From Chloroflexia bacterium (GTDB taxonomy: Bacteria; Chloroflexota; Chloroflexia; DTKN01), in assembly GCA_034433695.1 (NCBI GenBank), contig DAOUAK010000139.1, forward strand, positions 1-14,489: a stretch of 14,489 bases of DNA, given 5' to 3'. Below are positions 6,490 through 14,489 of the stretch, piece by piece. Each line of letters begins with the position of its first letter. Position 1 is the first letter of the stretch. The notes under the pieces were generated by a model. The model had not been told where the DNA came from, did no database searches, and saw only the letters and a program-made list of their open reading frames with translations. A program made the position numbers and the translations under genes.

Positions 6490-7340
6490 GCGATTTTGAG
6501 GTATTGCGCTCCCTCTCTTTCGGCCAGTACCTGCCTGCCGGCTCGCCTCTGCACCGGCTGGACCCCCGGGTCCGATTGACCGGCATCCTCCTGCTCATGC
6601 TGGCGCTGATGGCCTGTGCCCGGCTGACCATCGCCTTTCTGGGGCTGACGCTGGTACTGGGCCTGTTCGGCCTGGCCCGCCTCCCGCTGGGCTATGGACT
6701 CCGCGGACTCCGGCCTCTTCTGCCCCTCTTTGGCTTCGTCCTGGTCCTGCAGCTGCTCTTTTACCCCCATGAAGCCGCCGTTGCTGAAGGCAGCGCCGTC
6801 GTGTGGCAATGGGGACCGATCCTCATCAGCGCCGCCAGCCTGCTCGATACCGCCTCCATTCTGCTGCGCATGGTCGCCATCGCCCTTCTTCTGACGCTCC
6901 TCACCGCCATCGCCGATACCACGGACCTGGTCCACGCCGTGGAGGGGATGTTGCGGCCCCTGCAGCGGCTACATCTGCCGGCCCACGAACTGGCCCTGAT
7001 GGTAGCGATCACGCTGCAATTTATCCCCCTTCTGGGGCGGGAACTGGAACGTCTGCTCAAGGCCCAGGCAGCGCGGGGGGCCGATTTCGGCCGCGGGCGG
7101 GGCAACTTTTTCACCCGTATACGCCGGATGCTGCCGCTCCTGATTCCCCTTTTCCTCGCCGCCCTGCGTCGGGCCGAGGAACTGGCCCTGGCGATGGAGG
7201 CACGGGGGTATGCGGGTGGACGAGGACGGACATCCCTGGTGCGTCTACAGATGCGGCCGGCCGACTTCCTGGCCCTGGCCCTATCCCTGGCCATCACGGC
7301 CCTGGTATTCTTTCTGGATCGAGGGGTTATGCCGCTCTAA
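6486..7340 (+). CDS. ecfT: ECF transporter transmembrane T component (EcfT/CbiQ family)
   Basis: ORF track 6207..7340. The true start is ATG 6486 (MSDFEVLRS..), which overlaps the ecfA2 stop. Multi-TM protein with the characteristic Arg-rich coupling helices (ARGADFGRGRG, LRRAEELALAMEARGY). Confidence 0.85.
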   Translation: MSDFEVLRSLSFGQYLPAGSPLHRLDPRVRLTGILLLMLALMACARLTIAFLGLTLVLGLFGLARLPLGYGLRGLRPLLPLFGFVLVLQLLFYPHEAAVAEGSAVVWQWGPILISAASLLDTASILLRMVAIALLLTLLTAIADTTDLVHAVEGMLRPLQRLHLPAHELALMVAITLQFIPLLGRELERLLKAQAARGADFGRGRGNFFTRIRRMLPLLIPLFLAALRRAEELALAMEARGYAGGRGRTSLVRLQMRPADFLALALSLAITALVFFLDRGVMPL

Positions 7341-7407
7341 AACGCGAGAAGGTGTAAACCCGACCCAACTGTCTGACCCGTATCTTGAAGAAGAAAAGGA
7401 GGTTGCC

Positions 7408-8250
7408 ATGAAAATCACCACCCGTCAGATCGTCGTTACTGCCGCCCTGAGCGCCATCGCTATCGTGCTGGGTGCTACCCGCGTCGGCTTCATCCCCTTT
7501 GTGCTGGGCATCGCCATCACCGTTATGCACATCCCGGTGATCATCGGAGCCGTCCTGGAGGGCCCACTGGTGGGTACGATGATCGGCTTCCTCTTTGGCC
7601 TGTTCAGCCTCATCTGGGCCTTTGTCGCACCCACCGGGCCTGGAGACATCTTCTTCCAGAACCCGCTCATCTCCGTCCTGCCGCGCCTGTTCATCGGCAT
7701 CCTGGCCTACCTGGCCTACCGGGCGCTTCGGGAGCCTCGGCCCTGGAAGGTCTATATCGCCGCCGGGGGAATCCTCGCTGTGGTGGCCATCGCCCTGGTC
7801 CTGACCTACGCCACCCCCCTTCTACCCGACTATGCCAGGGCCGTGGAGCAGGAGCCCGGGCAAATCGTCCCCACCTGGCAGATCATCGTGCTCGTCGCGC
7901 TGGCCATCCTGGTGGTCGTCCTGGCCGTCGGCGTATACCTGGCCTTTCGCCACCGGGTGCTGGAACGCTGGGGGGAAATTCTGGCCATCGGCGCGGCAGC
8001 CGTCGTCGGCACGCTGACCAATACGGTGCTGGTCCTGGGGAGCATTGGGGTAGTGGGCCGGCTGGAGCCGCTGGCCGGGCTGGGCAAGGTGCCTCCTCTT
8101 CCCTGGAGTTTCCTGCTGGCCGTCGGTCTGACCAACGGCATCCCCGAGATCGTCGCCGCCGTCGTGATCACCGTCGCCGTGGTCGCGGCCTGGAAGCAGA
8201 TCGAGTTCGGTTATCGCGGTGCCCGCAACATGCGCACACGCAACACGTAA
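7408..8250 (+). CDS. ECF transporter substrate-specific (S) component. By context (coaX immediately downstream) a candidate pantothenate S component (PanT-like). Unusually long at 280 aa with about 8 predicted TM segments.
   Basis: ORF track 7210..8250. Start ATG 7408 (MKITTRQIVVTAALSAIAIVLG..) with GGAGG at 7398-7402. The N-terminus resembles ECF S components (BioY/PanT style). The C-terminal half adds extra hydrophobic helices and an RNMRTRNT tail. Confidence 0.6.
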   Translation: MKITTRQIVVTAALSAIAIVLGATRVGFIPFVLGIAITVMHIPVIIGAVLEGPLVGTMIGFLFGLFSLIWAFVAPTGPGDIFFQNPLISVLPRLFIGILAYLAYRALREPRPWKVYIAAGGILAVVAIALVLTYATPLLPDYARAVEQEPGQIVPTWQIIVLVALAILVVVLAVGVYLAFRHRVLERWGEILAIGAAAVVGTLTNTVLVLGSIGVVGRLEPLAGLGKVPPLPWSFLLAVGLTNGIPEIVAAVVITVAVVAAWKQIEFGYRGARNMRTRNT

Positions 8251-8279
8251 CGCGCACCACGCAACCCGCACCACGCAAC
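8224..8279. repeat. Short degenerate tandem repeat GCAC(C)ACGCAAC, two exact 12-mers and one degenerate copy, spanning the S-component stop and the coaX upstream region
   Basis: gcaccacgcaac at 8254-8265 and 8268-8279; gcacacgcaacac at 8233-8245. Confidence 0.5.
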
Positions 8280-8292
8280 ACGGAGGACTCCC

Positions 8293-9078
8293 ATGCTCCT
8301 CTGCCTCGACATCGGCAACACCAACATCGTCCTGGGTCTGTACCAGGGGGAAAGGTTGCTCCACCACTGGCGGATTGCCACCGAGCGCGAGCGTACCACC
8401 GACGAGTACGCCGCCCTCTTCCTGACGCTTCTGGCCCATGCCGGCCTGGCGCATTCATCCATCCACGGTGCCGCCATCGCCAGCGTCGTCCCTCCCCTCA
8501 CGGGGGCCTTTGTGGGCCTCTGTCGGCGCTACCTGGAGGTGGACCCGCTGGTGGTGGATGCCGGCGTGCGTACCGGCGTGCGCCTGCGCATCGAGAACGC
8601 CCGCGAGGTCGGGGCCGACCGGGTGGTCAACGCCGCTGCCGCCTTCCGGCGCTACGGTGGGCCGGCCTGCGTGGTGGACTTTGGCACGGCTACCACTTTC
8701 GACGCCATCTCCGCCGAGGGCGATTACCTGGGCGGCGCCATCGCCCCGGGCATCGCCATCGCGGCCAAGGCGTTGACCGAGCGCACGGCCAAACTGCCCC
8801 AGGTGGAACTTGTCCCTCCCCCCCAGGCCATCGGCCGGAACACCGTTCAGAGTATGCAATCGGGCATCCTCTTCGGCTATGTGGGCCTGGTGGAGGGGAT
8901 GGTGGCCCGCTTCCGGCAGGAACTCGGTCCGGAGATGCGGGTCATCGCTACCGGCGGGCTGGCCGAACTCATCGCCCGGGAGACCGACGTCTTCCAGGCG
9001 GTGGACCCCTGGCTGACCCTGGAGGGCCTGCGCCTTATCTACGAACTGAACCGGGGGGAAAAGGCCTCCGGCCGGTAG
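8293..9078 (+). CDS. coaX: Type III pantothenate kinase (CoaX/Bvg accessory factor family)
   Basis: N-terminus MLLCLDIGNTNIVLGLY, plus GADR..VN and VDFGTATTFD acetate/sugar-kinase fold motifs. GGAGG at 8282-8286 is 6 nt before the ATG. 261 aa. Confidence 0.9.
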   Translation: MLLCLDIGNTNIVLGLYQGERLLHHWRIATERERTTDEYAALFLTLLAHAGLAHSSIHGAAIASVVPPLTGAFVGLCRRYLEVDPLVVDAGVRTGVRLRIENAREVGADRVVNAAAAFRRYGGPACVVDFGTATTFDAISAEGDYLGGAIAPGIAIAAKALTERTAKLPQVELVPPPQAIGRNTVQSMQSGILFGYVGLVEGMVARFRQELGPEMRVIATGGLAELIARETDVFQAVDPWLTLEGLRLIYELNRGEKASGR

Positions 9079-9123
9079 CCACCGTATCCGGCTTTGCCGG
9101 AAAAGGCTGCTCGTCGCCCGAGC

Positions 9124-9217
9124 GATGCCCGAAGGGGCGTACCGCATGTGCGCCTGTAAGGAGACAAGATGTATGGGGGCGGGATAGGGTATCGTCCCGC
9201 CCCCCTTCGGGGGCATC
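9124..9217. other. Nested inverted repeats in the convergent intergenic region, possibly a bidirectional terminator
   Basis: Outer arms are GATGCCCGAAGGGG (9124-9137) and CCCCTTCGGGGGCATC (9202-9217). Inner perfect hairpin is GGGGGCGGGA (9175-9184), loop tagggtatcg, TCCCGCCCCC (9195-9204). No U-tract on either strand. Confidence 0.4.
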
Positions 9218-9280
9218 GGCGCGACCGGGGGAATGGAACTACCGTCCGCCGGATCGGGTTTCTCCTGAGGCCCCAATACG

Positions 9281-9694
9281 TTAGCCCGGAACGGCCTTGA
9301 GCGGGTTGGCTCCCAACTTCTGCACCCGCTCGGTCATCTCCTGCACCGCCGCAGCGAAGGAATAGCCCTGCGAACCGGTCACAAAAAAGATTTCCACCCG
9401 TTCCCCGCCCAATCCCACCTCGTCCAGGATTTTCTTGCTCCGGCCGACCCGCTTTTCGGCGCGCAAATTGCCTTCCAGGTGATGGCAGGTGCCCTTGGTG
9501 CAGGCCACCACCATGACCGCGTCGGCCCCCTGTTCCAGGGCTTTGAGGATGTAGAGGACATCCACCTTACCGGTGCAGGGAAGTTTGACCACCTTGACGT
9601 CCGCCGGATACTGGATGCCGGTGGTGCCGGCCATATCCACCGAAGTATAGCCACAGTAGATGCAGGTAAAGACCGTGATCTCGGGCATTTCCAT
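9281..9694 (-). CDS. mvhD: MvhD/FlpD-like iron-sulfur protein (methyl-viologen-reducing hydrogenase delta-subunit family)
   Basis: MEMPEITVFTCIYCGYTSVDMAG...VVKLPCTGKVDVLYILKALEQGADAVMVVACTKGTCHHLEGN carries the conserved Cys pattern of MvhD. Start ATG overlaps the hdrA stop (TGATG) and is preceded by an AAGGGGGAAA RBS. The ORF track's longer 9281..9943 frame is upstream read-through. Confidence 0.8.
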   Translation of the reverse strand: MEMPEITVFTCIYCGYTSVDMAGTTGIQYPADVKVVKLPCTGKVDVLYILKALEQGADAVMVVACTKGTCHHLEGNLRAEKRVGRSKKILDEVGLGGERVEIFFVTGSQGYSFAAAVQEMTERVQKLGANPLKAVPG

Positions 9695-12600
9695 CACTTT
9701 CCCCCTTCTTCTGGAAGCCAATCCCCCAAAACGGCCATTTCGGGGACGATGATCTGCTCGTCCCGGTAAAGCGTCAACTGGATGGCCTTGGCCGGACACT
9801 CCCCGGTGCAGGTGCCGCAGCCCTGGCAACGGCCCGGTTCGATATAGGCCGCCCCCCGAAGGCCGCCCACGCCGGTGCGCGTAGGGTCGATGACCGGGAC
9901 GTCGAAGGGGCATACCCGCACACAGGTCAGGCAGCCCACACACTTGTCAGGGTCCACCACGGCCGCCACCCCGCCGACTTCCAGGACGTCCCGGGAAAGG
10001 ATGGTCAGGGCCCGGCCGGCCGCCCCCTGCGCCTGGGCGATGGCCTCTTCGATGAACTTGGGGTAGTGGGCCATCCCGCACAGGAAGATGCCCTCGCGCA
10101 GAAAGTCTATGGGGCGCAACTTGATGTGGGCCTCCATGAAGAAGCCCTCCGGTGAAAGGGGAACCCCTAAAACCCTGCTCAGGTGTTCCGTGCTGGGGTC
10201 CGGCTGGACGCTCATGCTCAGCACCAGCGCGTCCGGGTGGATCACCAGTTTCTCCCCCAGCGAGAGGTCGGTAGCCCGCACCTCCAAGCGGCCGTCTGTC
10301 GCCTGCACCTGCGGGGGATTTTCCTCATCGTAGCGCACAAAGAGCACCCCCTGCCGCCGGGCTTCGGTATAGTACTGCTCGCGGAAGCCGTAGGTGATTA
10401 GGTCCTTGTAGAGGACATAGATGCGCGCCTTGGGGTTGAGCCGCCGGATCCGGAGGGCATTCTTCACCGTGTTGGTGCAACAGATGCGGCTACAATAGTC
10501 GTAAGGGGCGTCGGGCGGCCGTACACATTGGATCATCACCACCGTGTTCATCTGGGCCACCCGGCCGGGGTTGACCAGGATCAGGCGCTCCAATTCCTGC
10601 TGGGTCATCACCCGCTCGTGTTGGCCCAGGAGGTAGACCGAACCGTGAAATTCCTGCCCGCCGATAGCCACGATGGTTACTCCGTGCTCAACCCCGACCC
10701 GATGCCGGCGGGCCGGATCGTGGCGATGGACCTCGATGGTGGAACGAAAGTTGCCCACAAAGCCTTCGTGGCGCACCACTTCGCTGTCGGTATACACGGT
10801 GATGCGCGGTTCCTGCAGGACCTGATGTACCAGGGAAAAGAGGTAGGCTTGTGGGTCGGCCCCTTCGGCCGTAGAGTAAAGGGCGCGGACGTGGCCGCCC
10901 AGGACATCGCTCCGCTCGACCAGGGTGACGGGGTAGCCGGCGGCGGCGATGGTCAGGGCAGCGTTGATTCCGGCGATACCGCCCCCGATCACCAGAGCCC
11001 GCTTGGCCACACCCACCGGGGTGCGGCGCACCGCCTCCAGCCGGCGTGCCCGGGCCGCGGCCATCCGCACCAGTTCCCGGGCCTGGCGGGTGGCCGCCGC
11101 CGGCGCTTCGCGATGCGCCCAGGCGCACTGGGAACGGAGGTTGGTCATCTCCAGGAGGTACGGGTTCAGGCCGGCCTGCCGCAGGATGTTCTGGAAAAAG
11201 GCCTCATGCGTGCGCGGACTGCAGGCCGCGACGACCACCCGGTTCAACCCCTGCTCCAGGATGGCCTGGCGGATTTTGGCCGGAGATTCGCCGATGCAGG
11301 CGTAATCCATTTCCTCGACATAGACCACATCCGGCAGGGTACGGGCGTAGGCGGCTACGGCCGAGGTATCCACCGTGCCGGCAATTTCGCGGCCGCAGCG
11401 ACAGAGAAAGAGGCCCACCCGGGGGGCTTCCCCGGAGATGTCCCGTTCCGGAGGATATGTCGGGGGTCTGGTCGCCGTGCCGGCCACATCGGCCAGGAGT
11501 TCCATACAACGGGCCGCCGCTGCGCTGGCCTCGGCCACCGTTTCGGCGATCTCCTTAGGGCTGGAAAAGGCCCCGGCCACAAAGATGCCCGGCCGGTTGG
11601 TGTCCACCGGGGTGAATTTGCCTGTAAGACAAAAACCATACTCGTTCAGGGCAATCCCCAGTTCCTGGGCCAGGGCTACGGCCTGCAGCGGCGGTTCCGA
11701 GCCGACCGAGAGCACCACCAGGTCGAAGCGTTCCTCATGCAGTTGCCCCTTTTCGTCCTGATAGCGGAGGAACAGGTCATGGGTAGAAGGGTCTTCGCGG
11801 ATGTTGGAGATACGGCAACGGGTATAGCGGACGCCGTAGAGGTCGCGGGAACGGATAAAGTAGGCGTTGTACTCCTTGTTGAAGGTACGTTCATCCATCA
11901 TAAAGATATGGCATTCGGCTTCTGGGTCGCGCTGGCGGGCCAGGACGGCCTCTTTGGTGGCGTACATACAACAGATAGAGGAACAGTAATCATGCTGGCG
12001 GTCGCGGGAACCGACACATTGGAGCCAGGCGATCTTCTTGGGAGGCCGACCGTCGGAAGGCCGGCGGGCCAGCCCCTCCGTCGGGCCCGAGCGGCTGACC
12101 AGCCGCTCGAATTGCAGGGAGGTGACCACATTGGGATAGCGCCCGAAGCCCAGTTCTTCGCTGAGAAGTGGGTTGTAGAGCGTAAAGCCGGGGGCCAGGA
12201 TAATGGCCCCGACCTCGACCGTTTCCTCCCAGGGTTCTTCCTGGAGGTTGATGGCCCGGGTGGGGCAAACCTCCTGGCACTTTCCGCAACCTTCGCAATA
12301 AGGCCCCTTGTCCACCAGATACACATCGGGCAGGGTACGCGGGGAGACCTTGTAAACCGCCCGGCGGGCGCTCATGCCCAACTGGAACTCGCTGGGGAGT
12401 TCCACCGGGCAGACCCGGGCGCACTCCCCGCAACTGGTACAGCGCGCCACATCCACATAGCGTGGGTAGTGGCGCAGACGCACATGGAAGTGGCCCGGCT
12501 CTCCTTCGACCTGGCTGACCTGGGTCAACGTCATGACCCGGATGTTGGGGTGAGTGCTGTGGTCCAGGAAGACGTAAGAGATGGCCGGCCGGGTGCAACC

Positions 12601-12810
12601 GTAGCCGTGTTCGGCCGTGCCCCGGCAGAGGACACAGTCATGGGAGGGAAACATAAACCCCAACTGGGCGATCTTGCCCCCCAGGGCCGGGGTGGATTCG
12701 ATCAAATAGACCTTCAGGCCGGCCTCGGCCAGGTCGTAGGCGGCGCGCATCCCGGCCACGCCGCCCCCTACGACCAGAACCGCCCCCACTTTTTTCCGAA
12801 GTTCTGTCAC
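9694..12810 (-). CDS. hdrA: Giant (1038 aa) HdrA-like flavo-iron-sulfur protein. Domain order: HdrA module 1 (FAD domain with inserted 2x[4Fe-4S] ferredoxin), internal MvhD-like domain, HdrA module 2, C-terminal 2x[4Fe-4S] ferredoxin.
   Basis: Two dinucleotide-binding motifs (VLVVGGGVAGM and ALVIGGGIAGI). Two HdrA signature regions (IAWLQCVGSRD..YCSSICCMY and VVMIQCV..YDYCSRICC). Four CxxCxxCxxxCP ferredoxin motifs. Internal LFLCRCGREIAG..VVVAACSP resembles MvhD. GTG start at 12810 with GGAGG 9 nt upstream. Confidence 0.85.
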   Translation of the reverse strand: MTELRKKVGAVLVVGGGVAGMRAAYDLAEAGLKVYLIESTPALGGKIAQLGFMFPSHDCVLCRGTAEHGYGCTRPAISYVFLDHSTHPNIRVMTLTQVSQVEGEPGHFHVRLRHYPRYVDVARCTSCGECARVCPVELPSEFQLGMSARRAVYKVSPRTLPDVYLVDKGPYCEGCGKCQEVCPTRAINLQEEPWEETVEVGAIILAPGFTLYNPLLSEELGFGRYPNVVTSLQFERLVSRSGPTEGLARRPSDGRPPKKIAWLQCVGSRDRQHDYCSSICCMYATKEAVLARQRDPEAECHIFMMDERTFNKEYNAYFIRSRDLYGVRYTRCRISNIREDPSTHDLFLRYQDEKGQLHEERFDLVVLSVGSEPPLQAVALAQELGIALNEYGFCLTGKFTPVDTNRPGIFVAGAFSSPKEIAETVAEASAAAARCMELLADVAGTATRPPTYPPERDISGEAPRVGLFLCRCGREIAGTVDTSAVAAYARTLPDVVYVEEMDYACIGESPAKIRQAILEQGLNRVVVAACSPRTHEAFFQNILRQAGLNPYLLEMTNLRSQCAWAHREAPAAATRQARELVRMAAARARRLEAVRRTPVGVAKRALVIGGGIAGINAALTIAAAGYPVTLVERSDVLGGHVRALYSTAEGADPQAYLFSLVHQVLQEPRITVYTDSEVVRHEGFVGNFRSTIEVHRHDPARRHRVGVEHGVTIVAIGGQEFHGSVYLLGQHERVMTQQELERLILVNPGRVAQMNTVVMIQCVRPPDAPYDYCSRICCTNTVKNALRIRRLNPKARIYVLYKDLITYGFREQYYTEARRQGVLFVRYDEENPPQVQATDGRLEVRATDLSLGEKLVIHPDALVLSMSVQPDPSTEHLSRVLGVPLSPEGFFMEAHIKLRPIDFLREGIFLCGMAHYPKFIEEAIAQAQGAAGRALTILSRDVLEVGGVAAVVDPDKCVGCLTCVRVCPFDVPVIDPTRTGVGGLRGAAYIEPGRCQGCGTCTGECPAKAIQLTLYRDEQIIVPEMAVLGDWLPEEGGK

Positions 12811-12849
12811 AGAAGTGCACCTCCGTCGTGAAGTCTTTCACCAGGAAAT

Positions 12850-12878
12850 ATTATACGCCCGGGGGAAAGAAATGTCAA
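12850..12878 (-). promoter_or_regulatory. Perfect consensus sigma70 promoter TTGACA-17-TATAAT on the minus strand driving hdrA-mvhD
   Basis: Minus strand reads ttgaca (12878-12873), tttctttcccccgggcg (17 nt), tataat (12855-12850). Predicted TSS about 33 nt upstream of the hdrA GTG. Confidence 0.55.
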
Positions 12879-12895
12879 AAGAGGAATGCACCTAT

Positions 12896-12924
12896 TTGCA
12901 TCTCCTCCGGCCCTGTAGTAAAAT
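12896..12924 (+). promoter_or_regulatory. Sigma70 promoter TTGCAT-17-TAAAAT for polA, back-to-back with the hdrA promoter
   Basis: ttgcat at 12896-12901, 17-nt spacer, taaaat at 12919-12924. RBS GAAAGGGG at 12941-12948, then ATG at 12957. Confidence 0.5.
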
Positions 12925-12956
12925 GAATTTGTAGCGTGGAGAAAGGGGCAATAGCC

Positions 12957-14489
12957 ATGTCTGAGAGGCCCAAACTGGTTTTGATCGACGGCCACGCCCT
13001 CCTCTATCGGGCTTATCACGCCCTGCCGGCCACGATGGTGACCTCCAAGGGGGAGCCGACCAACGCCCTCTACGGCTTCCTTTCCACCGTCCTCAAGGTG
13101 CTGGCCGAGGAGCAACCCGACCATGTGATCGTCTGCATGGACCGGGGGAGGACCTTCCGCCACGACCTCTATAAGGAGTACAAGGCTCACCGCGCCAAGA
13201 TGCCCGATGACCTGCGGCCGCAGGTGGAACGGGCCGAGGAGGTCCTGAGCGCCCTGGGCATCCCCTCCTGCGGTCTGGACGGATACGAGGCCGATGACCT
13301 CATCGGCACGCTGGCCCGCCAGGCGGAGGAGGCCGGCCTGGATACCCTCATCATCACCGGCGATAGCGATGCCCTGCAACTGGTCCGCGAACACGTCCAC
13401 GTGCTCGTCCCCGGCCGTAAATACAGCGACACCCTCCGTTACGACCCGGCCCGGGTGCAAGAGCGCTACGGCTTCGAGGCCGAGCGCCTGGTCGAGTTCA
13501 AGGCCCTCAAGGGGGATCCCTCCGATAACATCCCCGGCGTGCCGGGGATCGGAGAGAAGACGGCCGAGGAACTGGTGCGTAACTTGGGTTCCCTGGAGGC
13601 CATCTACGAGAGGCTGGAGCAGATTCCCCCCCGCTATCGCAAGGCCCTGGAGGAGAACCGGGAACAGGCCTTTCTCAGCCGCGACCTGGCCCGAATCCGC
13701 ACCGATGCCCCGATCCGGCTGGACCTGGAGGGCAGCCGCTTCGGCGCCTACGACCGCGAGGCCGTGGTGCGCCTCTTCCGCGAACTCGAGTTCCGGAGCC
13801 TTCTGGAGCGGCTCCCGGGCCGGCGGGAGGCCGAGCCGGCCCCGATCTCCCGCCAGTTGCCCCTCTTTGCCGAAGGCACCGCCGCCCTGCCGGAACCGAC
13901 GGAGCATCCGGCCTACCGCATCGTCCGGGATGAGGCCGCCCTGAAGGAGATGCTGGCCGCCCTGGGCTCCGGCCCCCTGGCCCTGGATACCGAAACCACC
14001 TCCACCCAGCCGATGGATACCGAACTGGTAGGGATTTCCCTGGCCCGAGGCGACGGCCGGGCCTGGTACATCCCGGTCGGCCACCGCACGCCCGACGGCC
14101 GGCGACTTCCGGAGCAACTGCCCTGGGAGACGGTCTGCCGGCACCTTTCCCCTCTCCTGGGGGATGCAGGCATCCCCAAGATCGACCACCATGCCAAGTT
14201 CGACACCCTGGTGCTGGCCGAGCAGGGGCTGGAGGTGCGCGGCATCACCTTTGACACCTTAATTGCCGCCTACCTGGTGGGCGGGCGTTCGGGCCTGGCC
14301 GAGGGCGAAGGAGAAGCCGAAAGCGGCTCCGCCGCCCTGCGGAAGGACCGTTCCATCGGGCTGAAGAACCTGGCCTTCCGCTACCTGGGCGTGGAAATGC
14401 GGGACATTTCCGAAATCCTGGGGAAGGGAAAGGCCCAGCGCACGATGGACCGGGTGCCGATCGAGGTGGTCGGCCCGTATGCCTGTGCC
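12957..14489 (+). CDS. polA: DNA polymerase I, 5' part (5'-3' exonuclease/FEN domain and start of the 3'-5' exonuclease domain). It runs off the window end.
   Basis: Not in the ORF track because there is no stop inside the window. MSERPKLVLIDGHALLYRAYHAL..GEPTNALYGF..YKAHR..GYEADDLIGTLA..ITGDSDALQL is a classic PolI 5' nuclease. LALDTETTS is the Exo I motif DxE. Confidence 0.9.
   Translation, partial: MSERPKLVLIDGHALLYRAYHALPATMVTSKGEPTNALYGFLSTVLKVLAEEQPDHVIVCMDRGRTFRHDLYKEYKAHRAKMPDDLRPQVERAEEVLSALGIPSCGLDGYEADDLIGTLARQAEEAGLDTLIITGDSDALQLVREHVHVLVPGRKYSDTLRYDPARVQERYGFEAERLVEFKALKGDPSDNIPGVPGIGEKTAEELVRNLGSLEAIYERLEQIPPRYRKALEENREQAFLSRDLARIRTDAPIRLDLEGSRFGAYDREAVVRLFRELEFRSLLERLPGRREAEPAPISRQLPLFAEGTAALPEPTEHPAYRIVRDEAALKEMLAALGSGPLALDTETTSTQPMDTELVGISLARGDGRAWYIPVGHRTPDGRRLPEQLPWETVCRHLSPLLGDAGIPKIDHHAKFDTLVLAEQGLEVRGITFDTLIAAYLVGGRSGLAEGEGEAESGSAALRKDRSIGLKNLAFRYLGVEMRDISEILGKGKAQRTMDRVPIEVVGPYACA

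Noticed and set aside
9169-9300. 43-codon ORF with a strong AAGGAGA RBS in the coaX/mvhD spacer
   Set aside because: Gly/Arg-rich, its sequence is dictated by the GC hairpins, and it overlaps the mvhD 3' end. It is more likely a structured terminator region.
10528-12831. 767-aa + strand ORF
   Set aside because: It is antisense to the strongly supported hdrA-like gene and has His/Gly/Arg-rich composition with no motifs.
12807-14192. 461-aa minus-strand ORF
   Set aside because: It is antisense to polA, which has unmistakable 5'-nuclease motifs, and it is Gly/Ala/Leu low-complexity.

Overview
This is a high-GC (about 65%) bacterial chromosomal window with compact, mostly co-directional coding and short overlapping gene junctions. 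It carries ECF-type vitamin transporter genes and an HdrA/MvhD flavoprotein pair, a combination that suggests an anaerobe, possibly a thermophile. Gene content in order:
1. A roughly 480-bp lower-GC non-coding leader with direct repeats and hairpins.
2. A membrane-anchored SPFH/band-7 protein (+).
3. A divergent pair of unrecognisable hypothetical proteins. One is 171 aa with an obvious internal tandem duplication; the other is 185 aa. Their promoter and RBS regions overlap.
4. A lower-GC, apparently acquired MNT nucleotidyltransferase plus HEPN toxin-antitoxin (HepT/MntA-like) cassette. A near-consensus promoter sits about 270 nt upstream of it.
5. A small Pro/Thr-rich single-pass membrane protein (-).
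6. A promoter, a 150-nt leader and a strong intrinsic terminator, followed by an ecfA1-ecfA2-ecfT-S-component-coaX operon. By context this is pantothenate uptake and phosphorylation. I read the leader as a candidate, undescribed attenuator or riboswitch.
7. On the minus strand, a 1038-aa tandem-fused HdrA-MvhD-HdrA flavo-iron-sulfur protein, translationally coupled to a stand-alone MvhD. It is driven by a perfect consensus sigma70 promoter that sits back-to-back with the polA promoter.
8. The 5' portion of DNA polymerase I (polA), running off the window.
I found no rRNA, tRNA, CRISPR array or transposase. All coordinates and motifs come from reading the sequence directly. Homology calls rest on recognised motifs, not on database searches.
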